Assembly: GCA_024696945.1 (NCBI GenBank)
Contig: JAILGF010000196.1
Coordinates: forward strand, 8,918-72,917
Length of the DNA stretch: 64,000 bases
Origin: Lachnospiraceae bacterium
Lineage (GTDB): Bacteria; Bacillota; Clostridia; Lachnospirales; Lachnospiraceae
Direction: 5' to 3'
Shown piece by piece: positions 53,790 through 62,089 of the stretch. A model generated the notes under the pieces. That model was not told where the DNA came from and did not search any database. It worked only from the letters and a program-made list of their open reading frames with translations. The first letter of the stretch is position 1, and each line of letters opens with the position of its first letter. A program made the position numbers and the translations under genes.

Positions 53790-54395
53790 TCAGGACATAA
53801 GGGCATGGAGATCGTTAAGCGTCCGCTCCTGGCATTTGCCGGAGGCTTCGGCGGTCTTTACGAGTTCTTCAAGCTTATCGGTGGCACAGATGGTGTCATA
53901 TATCAGTGCAAGGGTATAAACGACGGGATAGGTCATAACGCCCTTTTCGACACAGAATGAGGCTGCTTTTTCGGCTTCGGCGAGCCTGCCCTCGTCGTAC
54001 AGATACTCCACCAAACGGTTTAAGAGCGGAACAAGGGCGGTAAAATTGTTGTCAGCCTCGGAGAGAGCGGTAAAATTGGCAGTGCCGTAGGTTTCCTTCA
54101 GTTCCGTATTTGACATGGATGAAAGATCGGCAATCTTCATATCGCGGAAATTGAGTATCCTGTTGCAGAGGGAATTAAGCTCACTGCCCGAATCGCCTCT
54201 GTCCTTGGGAAGAAAGCTTTCGTCAAGCGTAATATAGTTAATGCCGGCGGTGCTTTTCCTGGGAACAAAACCGGATTTGCGTTCACGTTCCCAAAAATCC
54301 TTTGAATCCTGCTTGTCGGCTTTGGTATGCTTTTTAATTTCATAGCTGAGCCAGATCACGAATATCATGACCAGACCGAATACCGGTATCTTCAT
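53790..54395 (-). CDS. Hypothetical membrane-anchored protein
   Basis: I trimmed the 284-aa ORF to the ATG at 54395 (MKIPVFGLVMIFVIWLSYEI), which has an AAGAGG SD 8 nt upstream. The longer N-terminus is AT-rich nonsense overlapping a plus-strand small ORF. Confidence 0.55.
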   Translation of the reverse strand: MKIPVFGLVMIFVIWLSYEIKKHTKADKQDSKDFWERERKSGFVPRKSTAGINYITLDESFLPKDRGDSGSELNSLCNRILNFRDMKIADLSSMSNTELKETYGTANFTALSEADNNFTALVPLLNRLVEYLYDEGRLAEAEKAASFCVEKGVMTYPVVYTLALIYDTICATDKLEELVKTAEASGKCQERTLNDLHALMS

Positions 54396-54470
54396 GTTCG
54401 GGGCCTCTTTATTTATATTATATGTTATTCGGTAACGATTAAAATAAAAACACAGAATGGAGAAAAAGAA

Positions 54471-54572
54471 ATGAACATTTACAGCAAAAAAACCAGAAAA
54501 GTATTCACACTTGTTATCGTTATAATACTTGTTGCGGCACTTGTAATAGGCGTGGTAGCTTCTCTTGCTTAA
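54471..54572 (+). CDS. Possible 33-aa single-TM miniprotein
   Basis: MNIYSKKTRKVFTLVIVIILVAALVIGVVASLA has a basic N-terminus followed by one TM helix. A GGAG SD sits ~8 nt upstream. It is reminiscent of DUF4044-type Firmicutes miniproteins (from memory, unverified). Confidence 0.4.
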   Translation: MNIYSKKTRKVFTLVIVIILVAALVIGVVASLA

Positions 54573-54615
54573 ATCAGTATAGCATATACTTAAAAAGAAT
54601 TCAAACATTAAACGG

Positions 54616-55158
54616 ATGAACACAGACAAAGAATTAACGATCATTATGTTCGGGTCTGCCGGGGTACACGAAGCCTTAAAGATATATGATCAAAAGGAAG
54701 CGGAGCTAAGGGAAAGATATCCTAAATCCTATTTAGAGAAGATCCCGGGCAGGCTTTTCGGCATGATGAAAAAAAATACGGACTTTGCGCTTACAATGTG
54801 CAATGCCTGGGATGGGAACGACGGAAATCACCTGCTTTACGCGTGTCTTGAAGAAGGCGTGTTTGGAGCCCTATGGGCTATAGGTGAGTTTTACAATTGC
54901 GGGTTAAGGTGTAATTTAGAGGATATTCCGATAGATCAGGCAGTAACCGAGCTTTGCGATTATGCGGATATAAATCCGTACGAAGCGGATGCTACCGGTA
55001 CTTATATCATAGCCACAAAAAAGGCCGGAAAGATATTAAGCATTTTGGAAGATTACGGAATACGGGGCAAGATCATAGGCTACACAACTTTGGAAATAGC
55101 AAGGATAATAGTCGGACCCACGGAAAGATATCTTACAAAGCCATCCGTAAAAAACTGA
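54616..55158 (+). CDS. AIR-synthase-related C-terminal-domain protein (stand-alone, possibly truncated)
   Basis: EEGVFGALWAIGEFYNCGLRCNLEDIPIDQAVTELCDYADINPYEADATGTYIIAT...GIRGKIIGYTT resembles the C-terminal domain of PurM/HypE-like AIR synthase-related proteins. There is no N-terminal ATP-binding half and no convincing SD. Confidence 0.45.
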   Translation: MNTDKELTIIMFGSAGVHEALKIYDQKEAELRERYPKSYLEKIPGRLFGMMKKNTDFALTMCNAWDGNDGNHLLYACLEEGVFGALWAIGEFYNCGLRCNLEDIPIDQAVTELCDYADINPYEADATGTYIIATKKAGKILSILEDYGIRGKIIGYTTLEIARIIVGPTERYLTKPSVKN

Positions 55159-55187
55159 CAAAAAAGAAAAACAGGAGATATATACTT

Positions 55188-55679
55188 ATGAACGAATTAA
55201 AAGAAAAAATTCTGCGAGCGATAGCGAAGGATTCAAATATAGAGGCGGATGAGCTGGCTATCAGGCTCGGCTGCTCAAAGGATGAGCTTACTACAGCAAT
55301 AGCCGAGCTTGAGGCGGATAAGGTTATATGCGGGTATCCCACGCTTATAGACTGGGATAAGGTATCGGATGAAAAGGTTACTGCCCTTATTGAACTTAAG
55401 GTTACTCCTCAGAGAGGACAGGGCTTTGACAAGATAGCCGAAAGGATCTATAAATTTGATGAGGTTGAATCGGTATACCTTATGTCCGGCGGCTTTGATC
55501 TGACCGTTATCATCCGCGGAAAGAGCATGCGTGAGGTTTCGCGCTTTGTATTTGAAAAACTGGCGCCCATGGAGTCCATTCAGAGCACAGCAACACATTT
55601 TGTATTAAAGAAATATAAGGATCAGGGCATCATTATGCAGTTTGACAGCGATGATGAAAGGATCCAGATGTCATATTAA
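55188..55679 (+). CDS. Lrp/AsnC-family transcriptional regulator
   Basis: I place the start at the ATG at 55188 after an AGGAG SD; the upstream part of the 241-aa ORF overlaps the previous gene. It has an HTH (ILRAIAKDSNIEADELAIRLGCS) plus an RAM/AsnC C-terminal domain. Confidence 0.8.
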   Translation: MNELKEKILRAIAKDSNIEADELAIRLGCSKDELTTAIAELEADKVICGYPTLIDWDKVSDEKVTALIELKVTPQRGQGFDKIAERIYKFDEVESVYLMSGGFDLTVIIRGKSMREVSRFVFEKLAPMESIQSTATHFVLKKYKDQGIIMQFDSDDERIQMSY

Positions 55680-55696
55680 AGGATTAGAGGATTATC

Positions 55697-56860
55697 ATGA
55701 GAAACCCGTTAAACAATACAATAACCGGAATCAAACCTTCGGGAATAAGAAAATTTTTTGATATAGTTTCCGAGATGAAGGATGCAATCTCTCTCGGAGT
55801 GGGTGAGCCGGATTTCGAAACACCCTGGCATATAAGGGAGGAGGGTATCTACTCCCTCGAAAAAGGAAAAACACATTATACCTCAAACGCAGGTATCAAA
55901 GAATTGAGACAGGAAATATGTAATTATCTCCGCAGACGCTTCAGGCTCGATTATGATGCGATGAAGGAGGTTCTGATAACCATAGGCGGAAGCGAGGCCA
56001 TAGATGTAGCTTTAAGAGTAATGCTCGAGCCGGGGGATGAGGTTCTTCTTCCGCAGCCGAGCTATGTTTCATACGAACCCTGCGTTGTAATGGCAGGCGG
56101 AAAGCCGGTGGTAATTAAACTTAAGGGCGAGGACGATTTTAAGCTGACCGCTCAGGAAATACTTGACGCATGCACCGAAAAGACCAAGATACTTATCCTG
56201 CCCTTCCCCAATAACCCTACAGGCTCCGTTATGTCAAGGGACGAGCTGGCAAAAATAGTTGACGTTATTATAGAAAAAGACCTGTTCGTATTATCCGACG
56301 AGATATATGCAGAACTTACGTACGGAGAGAAGCATACCTCCATTGCTGAATTCCCCGGAATGAAGGAAAGGACCATAGTTATAAACGGCTTTTCAAAGTC
56401 ATATGCAATGACGGGCTGGAGACTGGGTTATGCCGTCGGCCCCGAAGTGATAATCAAGCAGATGATAAAGCTTCACCAGTTTTCGATCATGTGCGCACCC
56501 AGCACCAGCCAGTTCGCAGCTGTTGAAGCCTTAAAGAACGGTGATGCTGACGTAGAGATGATGGCTGAAGCCTATGACCAGAGAAGAAGATTCCTGATCC
56601 ATGAGCTTAGACGTATGGGCCTTCCCACGTTTGAGGCAAGAGGCGCGTTCTATGTATTTCCCTGCATTAAGGGAACCGGCATGACTTCTGAGGAGTTTGC
56701 GACAAGGCTCCTTCAGGAGGAAAAAGTTGCGGTTGTTCCCGGAACCGCATTTGGCGACAGCGGGGAAGGATACCTGAGGATATCTTACGCTTATTCAATA
56801 GAAAAGATCAAGGTTGCACTTGAGAGGATCGAGAGATTCGTTAAGAAATATCAGGTGTGA
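55697..56860 (+). CDS. Class I/II PLP-dependent aminotransferase (aspartate/aromatic type)
   Basis: GVGEPDF, NPTG and the PLP-lysine motif FSKSYAMTGWRLGY are present. Pairing with an Lrp/AsnC regulator is common. Confidence 0.88.
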   Translation: MRNPLNNTITGIKPSGIRKFFDIVSEMKDAISLGVGEPDFETPWHIREEGIYSLEKGKTHYTSNAGIKELRQEICNYLRRRFRLDYDAMKEVLITIGGSEAIDVALRVMLEPGDEVLLPQPSYVSYEPCVVMAGGKPVVIKLKGEDDFKLTAQEILDACTEKTKILILPFPNNPTGSVMSRDELAKIVDVIIEKDLFVLSDEIYAELTYGEKHTSIAEFPGMKERTIVINGFSKSYAMTGWRLGYAVGPEVIIKQMIKLHQFSIMCAPSTSQFAAVEALKNGDADVEMMAEAYDQRRRFLIHELRRMGLPTFEARGAFYVFPCIKGTGMTSEEFATRLLQEEKVAVVPGTAFGDSGEGYLRISYAYSIEKIKVALERIERFVKKYQV

Positions 56861-56881
56861 AAATCAATCGGAGATACGCAC

Positions 56882-57373
56882 ATGAACATAGTGTTGCATG
56901 AACCTGAAATCCCGGAGAATACCGGAAACATCGGCAGAACCTGTGTGGCCACGGGCTCGGTGCTGCACCTTATAAAACCTCTGGGCTTCGTAATAGATGA
57001 TAAGCATTTAAAACGTGCGGGGCTCGATTACTGGCCCAAGCTCGAATACTACATGTACGAGAATTACGAGGACTTTTTAAACAAACACCCCGGTGCCAAG
57101 ATCTATTATGCAACCACAAAGGCGCATAAGAAATATACGGACGTAAGCTTCGGTCCGGACGATTATATAATGTTCGGAAAGGAAACTGCAGGAATCCCTG
57201 AGGAGATACTCGTTGAGAACGAGGAGAATTGTATCCGCATTCCCATGGTAGGGGATATCAGATCCCTTAACCTCGGTAATTCAGTAGCCATCGTCCTGTA
57301 CGAGGCACTCCGTCAGAACGGCTTTTCCGAGCTGAATCCGGTGGGCAGCTTGCATCGTCTCTCGTGGAAATAG
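56882..57373 (+). CDS. trmL: tRNA (cytidine/uridine34-2'-O)-methyltransferase TrmL (SpoU/TrmH fold)
   Basis: MNIVLHEPEIPENTGNIGRTC...LHLIKPLGF..DDKHLKRAGLDYW and C-terminal SLNLGNSVAIVLYE motifs. Confidence 0.88.
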   Translation: MNIVLHEPEIPENTGNIGRTCVATGSVLHLIKPLGFVIDDKHLKRAGLDYWPKLEYYMYENYEDFLNKHPGAKIYYATTKAHKKYTDVSFGPDDYIMFGKETAGIPEEILVENEENCIRIPMVGDIRSLNLGNSVAIVLYEALRQNGFSELNPVGSLHRLSWK

Positions 57374-57408
57374 CAGGTTGGTTTATAGTTTAAAACGAGA
57401 ATACGGAA

Positions 57409-59793
57409 ATGAACGAGAAAGCATTAAAAACATTAGAATATACAAAGATAATAGAAAAACTGACCTCACTTGCCGGCTCGGAGCTGGGCAAGGAGAAGTG
57501 CCGGAATCTGACCCCGAGTTCAGACATTGAAGAAATAAGGACCAGGCAGGCAGAGACAGCATCGGCACTGCAGAGGATATACAAAAAAGGAAGCCTTTCG
57601 TTTTCGGGTATCCATGATATAAGGGCTTCCATAAAGAGGCTTGAGATACATTCATGCCTTGGTATGGGCGAGCTTATGCATATAAGCTCGGTGCTTACCG
57701 CAACCGATCACATAAAAAGCTACGGGCAGCAGGAGGAAGGAGCTCCCGACGATGCGCTCTCGGAGCGTTTTAGACTGCTTGAGCCCTTAAGGTCGGTCAA
57801 CCATGAAATACTTAGGTGCATAATCTCCGAGGACGAGATGGCGGACGATGCCAGTGCCGGACTTAGAAGTGTAAGGCGCTCGATAAAGACAACGAATGAC
57901 AAGATCAGGGATCAGCTGAATTCCATAATCAATTCGCAGGACAACAAGCTCATACTTCAGGACAACCTGATAACCATGCGTGACGGAAGATTCTGCATCC
58001 CCGTAAAATCCGAGTACAAGAACAGCTTTGCCGGAATGATACATGACCAGTCCTCGAGCGGTTCAACGGTTTTCATCGAACCCATGGCGGTCGTTAAGCT
58101 GAATAATGACTTAAGAGAGCTTGCCATAAAGGAAAAGGAAGAGATAGAAAAGGTGCTCGAAGCGCTTTCATCCATGCTTTTCCAGGAAACGGCAAATCTG
58201 AAGTACAATATCGATACGATTGCGGAATTTGATTTTATCTTTGCAAGAGGAACCATGGCCAAGATAATGAAGGCCACATGCCCGGAATTTAACGACAGGG
58301 GTTATGTAAACATCAAGCGGGGCAGGCATCCGCTAATAGATGAGAAAAAGGTTGTTCCGATAAACATTTATCTCGGAAAAGATTTTACAATGCTTGTAAT
58401 AACCGGACCGAATACGGGCGGAAAGACGGTTTCTTTAAAAACAGTCGGACTGTTCACACTTATGGGACAGGCAGGACTTCACATACCTGCATTTGAGGGC
58501 TCGGAGCTGGCAGTATTTGATGAGGTCTATGCTGATATAGGAGATGAGCAGAGCATTGAGCAGAGCCTTTCCACATTCTCCTCACATATGAAGAATACGG
58601 TGTCGATCTTAAAGGAAGCAGACGAAAAGTCATTGGTGCTTTTCGACGAGCTCGGTGCCGGGACGGATCCTACCGAGGGCGCAGCTCTTGCAATGAGTAT
58701 CCTGACCTTCCTTCACAACAGGGATATCCGGGTTATGGCTACCACTCATTATGCCGAGCTTAAGCTTTATGCCTTATCCACACCCGGTGTTTCGAACGCA
58801 TGCTGTGAGTTTGACGTTGAAACGCTGAGCCCGACCTACAAGCTTCTTATAGGCATACCCGGAAAGAGTAATGCATTTGCCATTTCCAAGAAGTTGGGAA
58901 TAGGCGATGAGATAATCGACATGGCGGAAAGCTTTATCGGAACAAGGGATAAGAGCTTTGAGGATATACTCGGAGGTCTGGAAAAGAATCGCATAGATAC
59001 CGAAAATGCACTTGCTGAGGCCGAAAAGATAAAGCAGGAAGCGCTTGATCTTAAGAATAAATGGGAAGAAAAGCAGAGAAAGCTTGACAACGCAAGAGAC
59101 CGTGTAATGAACGAGGCTAACGAAAAGGCTGCACGCATCCTGCAGGAGGCTAAGGATTATGCCGATGAGAGCATAAGGAAGATGAACAAGCTTATGACCT
59201 CAGGGCAGAGCATGCGTGAAATGGAGCATGAAAGAGGAGCCTTGAGAGATATCCTGTCAGAAAAGAATGCCTCAATAAAGACCGCGGCTCCGAAAAAGAA
59301 AAAGAATACGGTCAGGAATCCCGAGGACATAAAGATAGGGGATCTCGTACATGTCAATTCCTTCGACGTAAATGCCAAGGTTGCTGGATTGCCCAATCCT
59401 AAGGGCGAGCTTTACGTAATGATAGGCGCGATGCGTACATCGGTAAATATTAAAGATATTGAGCTTTTGGAAAACCAGCCCGAGGAAGAGGAAAAGAGAA
59501 CAAGGACTGGTGCCGGCAGCATTGCAAGGTCGAAGCAGATGACCATCAGTCCGGAGTGCAACATAATAGGCATGAGAGTGGATGAAGCACTTCCCATCGT
59601 TGACAAATACCTGGATGATGCGTATCTTGCACATCTTCCGAAATGCTCCATCATCCACGGAAGAGGAACGGGCGCACTTAAGAGTGCGGTACATGCTCAT
59701 CTGAAGAAGCTGAAGTATGTTAAGGAATTCCGTTTGGGAAGCTTCGGAGAAGGAGATCAGGGAGTAACAATTGTTGAGTTTAAGGAAAATTAA
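57409..59793 (+). CDS. mutS2: Endonuclease MutS2 (MutS ATPase domain plus C-terminal Smr domain)
   Basis: Walker A ITGPNTGGKT, DELGAGTDP, and the C-terminal Smr domain (IGMRVDEALPIVDKYLDDA...IIHGRGTGALK). Confidence 0.95.
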   Translation: MNEKALKTLEYTKIIEKLTSLAGSELGKEKCRNLTPSSDIEEIRTRQAETASALQRIYKKGSLSFSGIHDIRASIKRLEIHSCLGMGELMHISSVLTATDHIKSYGQQEEGAPDDALSERFRLLEPLRSVNHEILRCIISEDEMADDASAGLRSVRRSIKTTNDKIRDQLNSIINSQDNKLILQDNLITMRDGRFCIPVKSEYKNSFAGMIHDQSSSGSTVFIEPMAVVKLNNDLRELAIKEKEEIEKVLEALSSMLFQETANLKYNIDTIAEFDFIFARGTMAKIMKATCPEFNDRGYVNIKRGRHPLIDEKKVVPINIYLGKDFTMLVITGPNTGGKTVSLKTVGLFTLMGQAGLHIPAFEGSELAVFDEVYADIGDEQSIEQSLSTFSSHMKNTVSILKEADEKSLVLFDELGAGTDPTEGAALAMSILTFLHNRDIRVMATTHYAELKLYALSTPGVSNACCEFDVETLSPTYKLLIGIPGKSNAFAISKKLGIGDEIIDMAESFIGTRDKSFEDILGGLEKNRIDTENALAEAEKIKQEALDLKNKWEEKQRKLDNARDRVMNEANEKAARILQEAKDYADESIRKMNKLMTSGQSMREMEHERGALRDILSEKNASIKTAAPKKKKNTVRNPEDIKIGDLVHVNSFDVNAKVAGLPNPKGELYVMIGAMRTSVNIKDIELLENQPEEEEKRTRTGAGSIARSKQMTISPECNIIGMRVDEALPIVDKYLDDAYLAHLPKCSIIHGRGTGALKSAVHAHLKKLKYVKEFRLGSFGEGDQGVTIVEFKEN

Positions 59794-59799
59794 GATAAA

Positions 59800-59831
59800 A
59801 GATCCTTCGTCACTGCGTTCCTCAGGATGAC
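59800..59831 (-). repeat. Dispersed intergenic repeat, copy G (variant with 6-nt expansion)
   Basis: AGATCCTTCGTCACTGCGTTCCTCAGGATGAC is the reverse complement of GTCATCCTGAGGAACGCAGTGACGAAGGATCT. It lies between mutS2 and the response regulator. Confidence 0.75.
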
Positions 59832-59887
59832 AAAAAGCAAGGATAAAGGATTTTAGGTCATGAAAGTAATGAATCATGGAGGGAGAA

Positions 59888-60610
59888 ATGGCATACAAAC
59901 AGAAAATACTTATAGTTGATGACGATGCTAATATCGCGGAACTGATTTCTCTGTATCTTACAAAGGAGTGTTTCGATACCGAAATAGCGGAGGACGGAGA
60001 GGAGGCCCTTGAAAAGTTTGAGACCTTCCAGCCCGATCTGATGCTTCTTGATCTTATGCTTCCCGGAATTGACGGATATGAGGTCTGCAGGGAGATCAGA
60101 AAGACTTCGAGAGTTCCTGTGATCATGCTCTCGGCAAAGGGCGAAACCTTTGACAAGGTGCTTGGCCTTGAACTGGGTGCCGATGACTATATGGTAAAGC
60201 CTTTTGATTCAAAGGAGCTGGTTGCGCGTGTCCGTGCGGTACTGCGCCGTCAGGCCAATTCGGGACTTCCCGAGAAGCTTCCTCAGGCTAAGCCGGAGGA
60301 AACCGGAGACAGGGTAAGCTATCCCGAGATTACGGTCAATAAGGACAATTACACCGTTGTTTATAAGGGAAAGAACATAGATATGCCTCCTAAGGAGCTT
60401 GAACTTCTGTACTTCCTTATGACAAATCCCAATAAGGTATTTACGAGAGAACAGCTCCTCGATCATATCTGGGGATATGACTATATTGGAGATACAAGAA
60501 CGGTGGATGTTCATGTAAAGCGTTTAAGAGAAAAAATCAAGGATACTGAAAGTTGGAGCCTTGCTACGGTGTGGGGCGTTGGTTATAAATTTGAAGTTAT
60601 CAAAGGTTAA
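59888..60610 (+). CDS. OmpR-family response regulator
   Basis: I place the start at the ATG at 59888 (MAYKQKILIVDDD) after a GGAGGGAG SD. The receiver domain has the DLMLPGIDG phospho-Asp region, and the C-terminus is a winged helix (VDVHVKRLREKI, GVGYKF). Confidence 0.92.
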   Translation: MAYKQKILIVDDDANIAELISLYLTKECFDTEIAEDGEEALEKFETFQPDLMLLDLMLPGIDGYEVCREIRKTSRVPVIMLSAKGETFDKVLGLELGADDYMVKPFDSKELVARVRAVLRRQANSGLPEKLPQAKPEETGDRVSYPEITVNKDNYTVVYKGKNIDMPPKELELLYFLMTNPNKVFTREQLLDHIWGYDYIGDTRTVDVHVKRLREKIKDTESWSLATVWGVGYKFEVIKG

Positions 60611-60621
60611 AACTACAAACA

Positions 60622-62019
60622 ATGAGAGTATCGTTTAAATTAGGATTAAGCTATCTGATAGCCATTGCTGCACTGTTTGCACTGGTTAATATCTGGGGCA
60701 GGGATATCTGTACGGACAGAGCCGAGCAGAATATTAAAACCCAGCTCAGAAACATGGTATCAAGGTTGTCGGATACAACGGTGTCGAATTATTATCAAAA
60801 CACAGGTACCATTTCAAGGATCCGTCAGGAACTCCAGCATATGGACGACGTGACCGGAATAAGGATCTGGCTTGCCAATTCGGATGGTGACGTTCTGGCA
60901 GATTCGGCACTGGGCGTAAAGGAACCGACTATTACCGCGGCAGATTATGACACCAGGATTCTGGAACAGAATATCAGCGAAAACGTAATAATAGGCAAAG
61001 CCTTTGAGGAACCGATGCTGGTAAGCTCCGAGCCGTTCATGTACAATTACAGGGCAGCGGGTTATATCTGCGCATTCATGCCGATGAGCAGGATGAACCA
61101 GGAAGCTTCAAGCTACGTGGAGATGATGAACATAGGCATGCTGATCATCTTCCTTGTGCTGTTCATTATATTCGTTGCCATATACCTTTATACCGCTATC
61201 CCTATTAAGACCATTAAAAATGCGGCATCCGAATATGCCAAGGGCAACTATGATCATGAAATGGTAATAAAATCACATGACGAGTTCAAGGAGCTTTCGG
61301 ATACAATAGCATACATGGTTTCAGAACTGAAATCAAACGAAGAGAAGCAGAGAAAATTCATTGCAAACATATCGCACGATTTCCGTTCACCTCTGACATC
61401 GATTAAGGGATATGCCGAAGCTTTAAAGGACGGGACCATTCCGTATGAGAACAAGGATAAATACCTTGATATCATACAGTTTGAATCCGAAAGACTTCAC
61501 AAGCTTACGTCAAGCCTGCTTCAGCTTTCAAGCATCGATTCGGGCGGTCTTTCACTGGATATCAAGAGCTTTGATATCACGAAGGTAATAAGGACCATAG
61601 CGGATGCGTTTGAAGGAACCTGCAGGAATAAAAAGATCGTTATCAAGCTCAAATTTGATGAGCCGAAGATATTTGTAGATGCCGATCAGGCAAGGATAGA
61701 GCAGGTTATCTATAACCTGACCGACAACGCGATAAAGTTCTCCAATAAGGATTCCGAGATCATTCTCGGTGTCCAGATTAAGGGAGTTAAAGCAGTTGTC
61801 CGTGTTAAGGACTTTGGACTCGGAATACCCAAGGAGAGCATAAATAGGGTATTCGAGCGCTTCTACAAGAGCGACCCTTCAAGAGGAAAGGATAAAAAAG
61901 GAACAGGTCTCGGCCTTTCTATCGCCAAGGAGATCATTACCGCTCACGATGAAGAGATCAGGGTTATCAGTAATGAGGGCGCGGGAACGGAATTTTCGTT
62001 TACGTTACCCATATCCTGA
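60622..62019 (+). CDS. Sensor histidine kinase (two TM helices, HAMP, HisKA, HATPase_c)
   Basis: H-box FIANISHDFRSPLTSI, N-box DNAIKFS, and G-boxes VKDFGLGIP and GTGLGLSIAKEI. Confidence 0.92.
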   Translation: MRVSFKLGLSYLIAIAALFALVNIWGRDICTDRAEQNIKTQLRNMVSRLSDTTVSNYYQNTGTISRIRQELQHMDDVTGIRIWLANSDGDVLADSALGVKEPTITAADYDTRILEQNISENVIIGKAFEEPMLVSSEPFMYNYRAAGYICAFMPMSRMNQEASSYVEMMNIGMLIIFLVLFIIFVAIYLYTAIPIKTIKNAASEYAKGNYDHEMVIKSHDEFKELSDTIAYMVSELKSNEEKQRKFIANISHDFRSPLTSIKGYAEALKDGTIPYENKDKYLDIIQFESERLHKLTSSLLQLSSIDSGGLSLDIKSFDITKVIRTIADAFEGTCRNKKIVIKLKFDEPKIFVDADQARIEQVIYNLTDNAIKFSNKDSEIILGVQIKGVKAVVRVKDFGLGIPKESINRVFERFYKSDPSRGKDKKGTGLGLSIAKEIITAHDEEIRVISNEGAGTEFSFTLPIS

Positions 62020-62089
62020 TATGCAACTTCCGATCGTGCCGCAGGCACACGGTCGGTATCGGCATATGCCTGTAAATGGTGCATAGACT

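Noticed and set aside
53790-54644. Full 284-aa version of the minus-strand ORF
   Set aside because: The first 83 codons are AT-rich junk overlapping a plus-strand candidate miniprotein. An internal ATG at 54395 with an AAGAGG SD gives a sensible TM-anchored protein.
54954-55187. Upstream 78 codons of the 241-aa ORF containing the Lrp/AsnC regulator
   Set aside because: This part overlaps the preceding gene in another frame and is Arg/Lys/His-rich nonsense. The ATG at 55188 with an AGGAG SD gives a normal 163-aa Lrp/AsnC protein.
59272-60156. 294-aa minus-strand ORF spanning the mutS2 3' end, the intergenic repeat and the response-regulator 5' end
   Set aside because: It is antisense to two strongly motif-supported genes (the MutS2 Smr domain and the OmpR-type receiver domain). 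It is Ser-rich with no motif, and it reads straight through repeat copy G, giving CHPEERSDEGS. It is an antisense-frame artefact.
62030-62057. Hairpin CCGATCGTG...CACGGTCGG after the histidine kinase gene as a terminator
   Set aside because: No U-tract follows it, and the pseudoprotease gene that comes next probably belongs to the same unit. There is too little evidence to call a terminator or attenuator.
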